Shown piece after piece: positions 1 to 8,221 of a stretch of DNA of 64,000 bases. Below the pieces are notes generated by a model. It did not search any database. It had not been told where the DNA came from and saw only the letters and a list, made by a program, of their open reading frames with translations. The first letter of the stretch is position 1. Every line of letters begins with the position of its first letter. The DNA comes from Macrostomum lignano (Eukaryota): contig NIVC01001313.1 in assembly GCA_002269645.1 (NCBI GenBank), positions 251,373-315,372 of the forward strand. Reading direction: 5' to 3'. Position numbers and translations under genes: made by a program.

Positions 1-651
1 TTTCGATTGATGCTGTCGCTTTCTGGCCTGATTTTTAGGCACCTTTGGCTGCTTCTCCTTGACAAGCTTTGGTGGTTTCTTTGCTTTCTTGCTTACTTTC
101 TTGGCGCCTACCTTGATTTTTGGAGGTGGCGTCCAATAGCAACGATCGAATGCCTGTTTGGCTTCTTCGACAAACTGTAGCTGTTGAATTTTTGGCATTG
201 CGGTCAAAACAGCGTCTCGAATCACGGCCGTGTCGAGAGTAAACAGAATCCTGTAGTAGCCGCTCTTGTTTTTGTAATCCTCTACAGGCAGTCCGTTTTG
301 GTCGTACATTTTAAAGTCGTGAGCCAGCCCAAACGCTGCACTGTCACCTCCAAACGCTGGGTTGTAGCCCAGCAGAGCTAGACTTTCGCTGGAAAGGTGC
401 TCCGCCACAGTGTTGAAAGTGTAGGGTATGCAGCTTTCAATGTGTTTTTGTGCAATGATGATGAATTCGCGACCTTCGTTGTCAGTACGCACGCCCTTGA
501 CGATCAAAACAGGGACCGCATTGGCCAAGTAGAGAGGTCCCTGTTCGTCATATTCAATGTCAAACGTTTCAACCCCGTTGAAGCTCGGACCTCGCGGTTT
601 GAGTGCCAGCAGCTCTCGCTTGACGCAGTTGAAGTCTTGCACTGTCTCCAT
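1..651 (-). CDS. Uncharacterised Polinton protein, at least 217 aa, runs off the left edge; Lys-rich C-terminal part
   Basis: Hand translation from ATG 651 is stop-free to base 1: METVQDFNCVKRELLALKPRGPSFNGVETFDIEYDEQGPLYLANAVPVLIVKG...YWTPPPKIKVGAKKVSKKAKKPPKLVKEKQPK; absent from the ORF track because no stop lies in the window. Confidence 0.75.
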   Translation of the reverse strand, partial: METVQDFNCVKRELLALKPRGPSFNGVETFDIEYDEQGPLYLANAVPVLIVKGVRTDNEGREFIIIAQKHIESCIPYTFNTVAEHLSSESLALLGYNPAFGGDSAAFGLAHDFKMYDQNGLPVEDYKNKSGYYRILFTLDTAVIRDAVLTAMPKIQQLQFVEEAKQAFDRCYWTPPPKIKVGAKKVSKKAKKPPKLVKEKQPKVPKNQARKRQHQSK

Positions 652-697
652 GTCTCTTGTCTGTTTAGAAAAATTTGCAGGTACGGGCGCTTGCAGA

Positions 698-1547
698 CTA
701 ACTAACTAAGATAAGTGCTCCGGCGCCTCAGCCATTGAAATAGGCTCTTACGCCACTAGACTAAATGAGTTTCCTACTAGGGAGTGTACTAATGTACACT
801 AAAAGCCAAGTTAGACTATAGAGGACTGTACAGGGCTGAATAAAAAAAACCAAACCTCCCCGGGGGACAGTGACAGCGGAACGACATACCAGTCAGGAAG
901 CCCGTGCCCAAAAACCAGGTTTGATAGACTCCAGCCTATTAGGGGTGGCCCGAAGGCCTAGAGCCGTGGCTACCATGCTGGGGCCGACCGCCCACCACCC
1001 CCGGGTACAAATCATAAACCTCCCCGAGGCTAGAGGGAGAAGAGTGAACCATTCAGGGGAGCCCGTGCCTTCTCCTGGGTTAGATAGGCCAAAAATACCG
1101 GTCATAAGACCGCCCCCACGGCCGTGGCAACCCGAAGGAGCCTCCCCCCCAACTAAACCCCGGGTACTCTTGCCAACAGACAGTCTCTTATCTTTGAAGC
1201 GGCAGGAGGGCTAATCGCCGGGACTATTTCACCCTTTGCTTCGCCAACCCGCCATTTCTATTATGACCGTGCCAACGGTCTCGTCCTGCTCAGACTCAGT
1301 CCTGGTTCTGGCACACTCCAGCTTTAATAGGGTCGCTGGCTGTACGCTCAGAGGGCGCCTGAGGGATACCGTCAGAGCACCTTGGTACAGGTATAGGCCT
1401 GCCTTCCTATACAGCTACCCACAGCCCCTCCCGATCCACTATTACCCTCCAACCCAGCCTACTCACTCATTACAAGCTTTCAGCCAGGCAGAGACAAGTT
1501 TCACAGAAGTGACTGCGGTTAGGCGTCTCTATGCGAGACAAAACCAT
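698..1547 (-). mobile_element. ~850-nt non-coding structured insertion with 17-bp TSD and (TTAG)n 3' tail, probably retroposed
   Basis: GTACGGGCGCTTGCAGA is identical at 681-697 and 1548-1564; the minus strand ends ...CTTATCTTAGTTAGTTAG before the TSD; the paralogous promoter at 2335-2400 shows the uninterrupted state; many stems and two cUUCGg loops on minus. Confidence 0.75.
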
Positions 1548-1625
1548 GTACGGGCGCTTGCAGATGCTCCGGGCTGGTGCTTATATACCCGAGAGTCTCA
1601 ATAAGTTTTTGTTTTAATTACACGA
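1548..1625 (-). promoter_or_regulatory. Polinton promoter module with TATATAA box (1587-1581)
   Basis: Minus-strand AAACTTATTGAGACTCTCGGGTATATAAGCACC is repeated exactly at ~2371-2405, each time upstream of a minus-strand gene. Confidence 0.6.
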
Positions 1626-1906
1626 TAACGAGCTTTTTACAGAGTTGTCGTTATCGAGGATTCCGGAAAAAATGAACCTTTTGTTCCTATTTTCGGGTGC
1701 TGGCGTTGGAGGTGTGCTGAAATCCTTGCTCCAAGTTGCTGGTAGTTCAAGCTTTGGCGGCCTGTTCCTCTTGTGCTTGGGCAGCCAAAAATTCCAAATC
1801 TTTTGTTGCTCCTCCCACGACGGATTATACAGATCTTGATGGTTCCGAAAACGTATTTTTTGGCGATGCTCTTCACTTAGTATCGGAGCCAGTACGTTTA
1901 TCTAAT

Positions 1907-1953
1907 TGATTCTATTAGATTCTATTAGATTCTATTAGATTCTATTAGATTCT
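1907..1953. repeat. 10-bp tandem repeat (TCTATTAGAT)n
   Basis: About four copies visible directly. Confidence 0.85.
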
Positions 1954-1964
1954 ATTTATCTAAT

Positions 1965-2252
1965 CTATCGGAGCCTGTGTAGTCTTGTGGCTCGTAATCT
2001 CTCCATTCGTGCTAAATCAGCTTTGAATCTCATTTTGTCCCGTAGTTGCTCATTTATCCTGGCTGCTGCGTAGTCTTGGCTGTCGTAGGGGCCTTGATCA
2101 ATTTCCTCGACCTTGGCATTGAAGGTGACTAATCGCTCGGAAATCGGTTTGCTGTGGCAAATGCACAACCAGTCAGCAGATTTTTTCAAGGCCTCATATT
2201 CGTCTTTTTCCTCGTTCGATAATAGGGGGTAGTCTCCGGAAATCCAGCTCAT
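1965..2252 (-). CDS. Small orphan Polinton protein (95 aa), charged and helical
   Basis: ATG-started ORF downstream of the TATA module at ~2377. Confidence 0.5.
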   Translation of the reverse strand: MSWISGDYPLLSNEEKDEYEALKKSADWLCICHSKPISERLVTFNAKVEEIDQGPYDSQDYAAARINEQLRDKMRFKADLARMERLRATRLHRLR

Positions 2253-2408
2253 TTCTTGTCAAGCACTTGCTGCGTTGTTCGCACTAGTGGTGGGGATGTT
2301 ATTCGAGCTTGAAAAACTGCCGAGAATCCGAAAAAAAATTTGCAAGTACGGGTGCTTGGTGCCCCGGGTTGGTGCTTATATACCCGAGAGTCTCAATAAG
2401 TTTTTGTT

Positions 2409-2612
2409 TTAATTACAAGTTAACGAGCTTTTTACGGTGTTGTCGTTATCGAGGATTCCAGAAAAAATGAGACTTGTACCTATTTTCGGTGCTGGCGTTG
2501 GAGGTGTGTTGAAATCCTTGCTCAAAGTTGTTGGCAGTTCATGCTTTGTCGGTCTGATCCTCTTGTGCTTTGGCAACCAAAAATTGCTTGTCAAACACTG
2601 CGTTTTCCACAT
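2409..2612 (-). CDS. Small orphan Polinton ORF (67 aa); an ATG-less paralogue lies at ~1616-1895
   Basis: ATG start, TATAAAT on minus at ~2675-2681, conserved frame and stop in the paralogous copy. Confidence 0.4.
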   Translation of the reverse strand: MWKTQCLTSNFWLPKHKRIRPTKHELPTTLSKDFNTPPTPAPKIGTSLIFSGILDNDNTVKSSLTCN

Positions 2613-2844
2613 GATTGGGTTGTTAATTGAACTTGGTGAATTTAGATAAACGGCCGAGAATCCAAATTTTCTTATTTATAGTTTGCTGTCTGAACAAAAT
2701 TGGTTTGGCATTTACGAGAATATTTCATGCATAGAAGTTTGTGTTTTCAGACCTTGATGACGTGTCTGGCTATAAAGTTAGCATTGTGGCTCGACCGGGT
2801 TGTTGCGTAACACTGCTGCTGGTAGCTATAGCAGCCAGCGCAGG

Positions 2845-2927
2845 GCAGAGGGGTGGATAGCGGCGATTTACAGCGGCTGACTGACTCATCATGCCTCCGC
2901 GTGGGGCCGCCAATTAATTGTGGGAGG
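2845..2927 (+). promoter_or_regulatory. 83-bp block directly upstream of the TATA box of the structural gene cluster; exact second copy at 5994-6076
   Basis: Identical GCAGAGGGGTGGATAGCGGCG...TGACTCATC...AATTAATTGTGGGAGG in both places; the first copy is followed by TATAAATA. Confidence 0.7.
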
Positions 2928-2976
2928 TATAAATAAAGAAGTTTTCACGAATAAAAGGTAGCAACTGATCGACAAT

Positions 2977-3345
2977 ATGCCTTCAATCTTGATCGGAGGA
3001 GCTTTACCGGTATTTTCCGGTGCACAGCGCGGCAACGGCCTGTTTGGCAGCATTGCCCGATTTGCCCTGCCAATTTTAAAGAGTTTTGGCAAAAATATTC
3101 TTCGCCACGGAACACGAGCCCTAGCTACAACAGTTAGCGACACACTCGATCAAGGCGGGAACTTGAAAGAAGCAGCATTGCGTAACTCTGTCCAGGCAGC
3201 TAAAGATGCTTTCAAGGACACAGTCGCACAACGTGGTAGCGGCAGACAAAGACGAAGAAAGATGACTAGCAAAAAAACGAGAAAAAGACTGCAGCATTCT
3301 GATATTTTCGACTCTATAAATAAAAAAGCCCGTGCCAATAACTGA
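2977..3345 (+). CDS. Polinton/adintovirus small basic core protein (QRGxG motifs, Arg/Lys-rich tail; pVII/pX-like)
   Basis: LPVFSGAQRGNGLFGSIARFALPILK and QRGSGRQRRRK, immediately upstream of the MCP. Confidence 0.75.
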   Translation: MPSILIGGALPVFSGAQRGNGLFGSIARFALPILKSFGKNILRHGTRALATTVSDTLDQGGNLKEAALRNSVQAAKDAFKDTVAQRGSGRQRRRKMTSKKTRKRLQHSDIFDSINKKARANN

Positions 3346-3388
3346 TTTGTCTATTAGAGCACCACACTAAGCCGCTGTTGAAAGAAAA

Positions 3389-4672
3389 ATGACTGAGTGC
3401 CTGTGTACAAAGTCGGAATTCGAGCTATTTGCTCCTCGCGCACACCAAATTGCTGCAATTAGCGCCACCACTGAAGAAGTTCACCCTGTTGCCAGTGTTG
3501 AAAATGCCAGCGTGGTCGAATTTAGGATTGTTGGTGGTGAGACGTTTATCGATCTTAACGACATTGACCTCGAGATTAAGGCCCGCGTTAGGCAATCTAA
3601 TGGCACAAATCTTGCTGCTGATTCGAATGTTGCGCCGGTCAATTACGTCCTTGAAAGCATGTTTAAAAACGTCACGTTGACAATCAACGGGACACACGTA
3701 GAGTCGAGCAATAACAACCACGCTTACAAGGCCTATATTCGCACGTGTTTGAATTACGGACACGATTCAAAAACCAATCAACTGAGAATGATGGGCTACG
3801 CAAAGGACGCTGGAGGTCAAATGGCTGTGGTTGGAAATCCTGGCTTTGTAGCCCGCAAGGCGATGGCAGCAAACTCACGCACCTTTCACCTTTATGGACC
3901 TCTTAGTTTAGACTTTTTTGTTACCAACGACCGAATGCTACTGCCATACACTGATATGGTAATTACGCTGACCATGCACAATTCCGGCTTCGTTCTGGAA
4001 AACCACGCGGACGGGGTTGATGCGCGGCTAGTACTCGAGAGTGCCAAACTACATGTGCGCCGCGTCAAGGCAAACCCCCAATTGGCATTGGAGATTGAAG
4101 AACAACTAGGCAAACAGAATGCAATCTATCCGATTGAGCGACTTGTTGTGCACAATACTTCAGTGGCTGGCGGTGTTCGGGACATGTCAATCAACAATAT
4201 ATTTCCTGAACAAAAGCCTAAACTAGTGGTTGTTGGCATGGTAAACAGCGGCGCGTACAACGGTGTGGCTACACATAACCCGTTTAATTTTGAGCCATTT
4301 GGTGCCGACAGTGTGGCACTGTATAAGGACGGAGTCAGTCTGTGTGGACAACCGTTTACTCCTCGATTCGGTGTTCATAACTATGCTCGCGAGTATGCCA
4401 TGCTACTAAAAAGCCTAGGAAAGATGAATCGGGACCTGGATATTGACGTATCATATTCCGACTATGGAGCTGGCTACTGCTTCTTCGCCTGGAATCTCAT
4501 GCCCGACATGGAGCTGGGCGGGCATAGCATGCCTCGCGAGCGAGGGAATCTGACGCTACAAATAAAGTTTTCTGCTGCCTTGGCCGCAGGAATCAACGTG
4601 TTGGTGTTTGGCTACTTTGACAATACTGTGCAAATCACTCGCGGTCGTCAGGTTATTCTAGACTACGTGTAG
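3389..4672 (+). CDS. Polinton major capsid protein (PY, double jelly-roll)
   Basis: 427 aa; N-terminal KSEFELF...EEVHPVASVEN...EFRIVGGETFIDLNDIDLEIK, then HNPFNFEPF and C-terminal GNLTLQIKF...NVLVFGYFDNTVQIT, typical of Polinton MCPs. Confidence 0.9.
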   Translation: MTECLCTKSEFELFAPRAHQIAAISATTEEVHPVASVENASVVEFRIVGGETFIDLNDIDLEIKARVRQSNGTNLAADSNVAPVNYVLESMFKNVTLTINGTHVESSNNNHAYKAYIRTCLNYGHDSKTNQLRMMGYAKDAGGQMAVVGNPGFVARKAMAANSRTFHLYGPLSLDFFVTNDRMLLPYTDMVITLTMHNSGFVLENHADGVDARLVLESAKLHVRRVKANPQLALEIEEQLGKQNAIYPIERLVVHNTSVAGGVRDMSINNIFPEQKPKLVVVGMVNSGAYNGVATHNPFNFEPFGADSVALYKDGVSLCGQPFTPRFGVHNYAREYAMLLKSLGKMNRDLDIDVSYSDYGAGYCFFAWNLMPDMELGGHSMPRERGNLTLQIKFSAALAAGINVLVFGYFDNTVQITRGRQVILDYV

Positions 4673-4719
4673 AAACAAACATTTTTTTATTCTCAAATAA
4701 CGGCCATATTCATGCCGAT

Positions 4720-5169
4720 ATGAATAGTCTAGATATATTAGAACGTCTAATACTGCCTGTCCCTGTTCGAGTAACACCCGTTGACAGGATTCCGCAGCCT
4801 GTTTATCCTGCTGCATACGTGATTAACTTTGACACTGGCAATCTACCAGGCACTCACTGGGCTTTAATTTGTCTTCATGCCGATGAGAGCGTGACATTTT
4901 TTGACCCCTTGTGTATCGAACCTGTGCCAGATTTATTAAAGTTGTGGATCGCAAAGTATGTCTCCGCGGAGGTTGCAATGAACCGGCATCCTGTACAGCA
5001 TCCGCTAAGTGTGACCTGCGGGGCTCATGTAATATTTGTGGCTGAAAAACACTTTTTGGAGGGTCTGTCAATTGAAAAAATATTGCGCGACTGTTATAGC
5101 ACAAATCTTTACGAGAACGACTTGATGGTGCAGAATCACTGTCTACAAATAAAGCAGCATCATCCATAA
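4720..5169 (+). CDS. Adenain-like (C5) capsid maturation cysteine protease
   Basis: Catalytic His (GTHW), Asp (FFDP), Gln (VQHP) and Cys (TCG) in adenain order. Confidence 0.9.
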   Translation: MNSLDILERLILPVPVRVTPVDRIPQPVYPAAYVINFDTGNLPGTHWALICLHADESVTFFDPLCIEPVPDLLKLWIAKYVSAEVAMNRHPVQHPLSVTCGAHVIFVAEKHFLEGLSIEKILRDCYSTNLYENDLMVQNHCLQIKQHHP

Positions 5170-5171
5170 AT

Positions 5172-5822
5172 ATGATTGGGCGGCCTATCAAAATGTATCA
5201 AACAATAGACCCCGACTCTTTAAAATTTGCCCCCAAAACGTCTGCAATTTTTGCTGGGGTGGCTCAAAGCGGCAAGACCACACTTGTGAAAAACCTATTG
5301 AGACAAGAATTTTTTCAAGATCCGAAGCCGATTCGCGTAGACTGGTTTGGCCACTATCCGGATCCTGAACTGTTTGAATTGCCGTACCCTGTAAATTTTC
5401 GTTCGTGTACATTTGATCCTGAACAATATGTCCCTGACCCAAATATTCTGCTTGTCGTCGACGACCAAATGCATGCCATGGAAAAGAGTGGCGCTTTTAC
5501 AACTTTTTTCACGCGCAAAGTCTCCCACGTGGGGTTCCGACTTTGGTATCTTGTGCAAAACCTGTTTGCAAAGGGTAAGGAGCACCGAACTCAGTCGCTC
5601 AATTCGAACTACCTTGTTTTATTCCGCAATGTACGGGATGCCAGCACAGTGTCTCATATTGCAAGGCAGCTGGTCCCAACTAATCCAAAAAGTTTTGTCA
5701 AAACGTATGAGGATGCTACTCGCGACCCCTACTCATACTTGATTGTAAACTGTTTGCAAAATGCTCCTGCTCGCTATTATTCAAACGTTTTGGGTCGTCA
5801 CCCAATTGTGTATGCTAAATAA
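5172..5822 (+). CDS. A32/FtsK-like DNA packaging ATPase
   Basis: Walker A GVAQSGKT, Walker B LLVVDD, YLVQN and RTQSLNSNYLVLF motifs. Confidence 0.92.
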   Translation: MIGRPIKMYQTIDPDSLKFAPKTSAIFAGVAQSGKTTLVKNLLRQEFFQDPKPIRVDWFGHYPDPELFELPYPVNFRSCTFDPEQYVPDPNILLVVDDQMHAMEKSGAFTTFFTRKVSHVGFRLWYLVQNLFAKGKEHRTQSLNSNYLVLFRNVRDASTVSHIARQLVPTNPKSFVKTYEDATRDPYSYLIVNCLQNAPARYYSNVLGRHPIVYAK

Positions 5823-5879
5823 ATATATACGTATCAAAGCTCGGCCGGCTTTTTGTGTAAATATATATACGCCTTTTGA

Positions 5880-6480
5880 AAACTTATTTGACTCTGAGGA
5901 GGGGTTGGGTATGACGTAATTGCCCCGGAGTGGCTACGGAGGACAGAATTCTAGAGGGATGGAGTATGGTGTGAGTGGATATAACAGGCTGCAGCAGAGG
6001 GGTGGATAGCGGCGATTTACAGCGGCTGACTGACTCATCATGCCTCCGCGTGGGGCCGCCAATTAATTGTGGGAGGCAACAGAATATTTTCTTGGATGGG
6101 TGGGCGCTACAATTCTGTGCGTACACGAAGTTTGGGTTTGATCGAACAGCTATGGGGTGGGCGGACGCTACAATTCTGCCAATTTTTGGTATATGGACAG
6201 TAAATATGGACAAGTAATAATATGGACAGTTATGGGGTGGGTCGGCGCGCGTTAATTCTGCCAATTTTGGTATATGGACAGTTAATATGTACAGTTAATT
6301 CTGCGCTACACCAATGCTGCATTGTGCGGGGCTGGGGGCGCGCGCGTTTCTGCGTACAACAACTGCGGAGCGCTAATTATGCGTACTATATTGTACTGGT
6401 CGTCGCTTCTGTACGATACAGTGATTACATGTATAATTAGATTTACATGAGAGTATAAATGTCTCACATAATGACTCTGG
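5880..6480. repeat. Putative Polinton terminal (TIR) region with short internal repeats
   Basis: No convincing protein-coding ORF; repeated GGGGTGGG...AATTCTGCCAATTTT(T)GGTATATGGACAGT motifs; partner TIR not in the window. Confidence 0.5.
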
Positions 6481-8221
6481 ACCAATTAGAATCGGTCTAA
6501 TGTATTTAGATAGGCGCTGAATTTGCATTGGCTCTGACACCCACCTCACCTCCAAAACCCGGCTCTAACGGCGCGATACGTAGTTTCAATACATCCCTGT
6601 GCGCCAATCACTAGCCAAGCCTCCAAATTTCATATCAGCACGTCGACCACGTGTGTCTGCATCAGCGGCCTGATTTTATAGGTTATTGGCTTTCTCCCAT
6701 ACGGAGCTTCTGGACCTTCAACAGGTGGCCTTTTGTAGTCAAATTCTACAGATTTCGCTTGACTTATTTAGTTCAAGCGCAAATCTATCTAAAAAACGCT
6801 AAACTGACACTCAAATAAAAGTAGTGCGTCATTAAGAATCAGAGCGTAGCTATAATTAAACAAATCTATTGTTTCAATCGCCACTGTGAACAAATGTTTA
6901 TTTAATAACTTCTGAATTTACTATTGAAATATACTTTCAATTTTTTGCAACTGCATTCTAACAAGTTTTATTTGTCAGAAGTTGTCTAGATCAGCACTTC
7001 TAGTAAAAGTAATAGTTAAATTTCTATGAGGATCAATTAAGTGTTTTGCAACTGAATTCGTCCAACAAACTGCAAAATCTTTCGTTCGCTAATGCCTTCT
7101 TAATGGGAGCTAAATTAAGATCATGCCATACATAGACAGCTGCGTTCGCGCAAATGCAAAACATGATTGAAGTGACGGTTCGTTGGTTTGCTAGCATGGG
7201 TAACTGTGTGCGGTTTTTTGCTTAACTTTATTCTGCTAACTCAGTCACTTAACTTTATTCAATGCTAAACTTCTATGTACTCTGTAAACCAATGCGTACT
7301 CTGTGCAATTCAGTGTACATCATTGCTCTAGCCTTGCCTCGCCCCTTAAATCCCTCCACTTGCTCAATCATGCAGTGCATCAATATAGTTCAATACTCCA
7401 CTTCAATATTTTCAATAGTCGCAATATTTAAACCATTGCTCTCGATCTGTGTCTCGTCAAGCAACTTAGACAATTCTACTACTGCAAATATATCGCAAGA
7501 ATTTATACTCGTTCAAACAACATTCGATTCCTGACTTTCGCGTCACGTCAATGATGACAGTCCAGCAGAGACTTAAGGTGAGCGCGGGCCCCATCAAAGA
7601 TAATTCCACCCCACTCAGCCTCCACCAGAACATCCAGCTCTACTAATAAGTTTGCTAAATTTTCAGCTCAAAAACCTCCCCCCACAAATGCATAATTAAG
7701 AAGTCCCCATTGCAGAGATATGGGGCCAATCACAGAGTGGAGTTTTGTTTTAGCCACATACTGTTCTCACAGCAGGCTGCAACCTCGATGTGCCCATCTT
7801 TGAGTTCTCGCCGTCCAAAGGTTCAGCCCATGTAGGTACTCATCAAGAAAGATCAGGCTTCCATCGTGTACGTTCTTCGCACAGCTCCGAACGCAGCTGC
7901 TGTCTATGGAATTATCTAAATTTAGCTCCCGTTAAGAAAGCATTAGTGGTCGAAAGATTTTGTTGTATAGTTTGGAAGAATTCAATTGCAAAAAGTTATA
8001 TATGGTGGGTGCATTGCTGCAGTCACAGTTACAATGCAACAACCAACGCCCCATTGACACTAGTGTTATGTGGACATTGTTGCACGCGTTGTTGTTGCAA
8101 GTGCCTCATTATTGCATGCTGAGGGCTTGCTGTCTATGGCTGAACCCCACAGTGGTCTTGCTCTTGTTAACAATGTCATTCATGCAAAGCCGCAACGAAG
8201 TTTCATGCAGAATCGATCGGC

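Larger units (their letters stand above)
1548..2600 (-). repeat. Diverged direct repeat of ~250 bp (1548-1800 vs 2347-2600): small ORF end plus downstream promoter
   Basis: Shared reading NFWLPKHKR..P.K.ELP.T.SKDF.TPPTPAP...FSGILDNDN.VKSSL.CN-stop, then an identical TATA module. Confidence 0.85.
1..6480. mobile_element. Polinton/Maverick (adintovirus-like) endogenous viral element, right-hand part; pPolB and integrase presumably lie left of the window; right boundary approximate
   Basis: Intronless co-oriented cluster of core protein, double-jelly-roll MCP, adenain-like protease and A32/FtsK-like ATPase, followed by a non-coding repeat-rich terminal region; canonical ACTACT terminus not found. 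Confidence 0.9.

Noticed and set aside
698-712. CTAACTAACTAAG as a telomerase-like template
   Set aside because: Does not match TTAGGG; better explained as a retroposon tail.
1181-1200. TCAAAGATAAG resemblance to the 18S rRNA 5' end
   Set aside because: An 11-nt match only; flanks are unrelated, so no rRNA gene is called.
698-1547. Hammerhead, HDV-like, twister or group II intron identity for the insert
   Set aside because: No CUGANGA/GAAA pair, no HDV nested double pseudoknot, no twister core and no domain V found by eye.
870-1604. Short ORFs within the TSD-flanked insert
   Set aside because: Mostly non-ATG starts and no recognisable domains; the 25-codon ATG ORF at the insert 5' end is too short to support.
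7478-7483. ACTACT as the Polinton right terminus
   Set aside because: Isolated hexamer about 1 kb beyond the repeat-rich terminal region, with no supporting TIR context.
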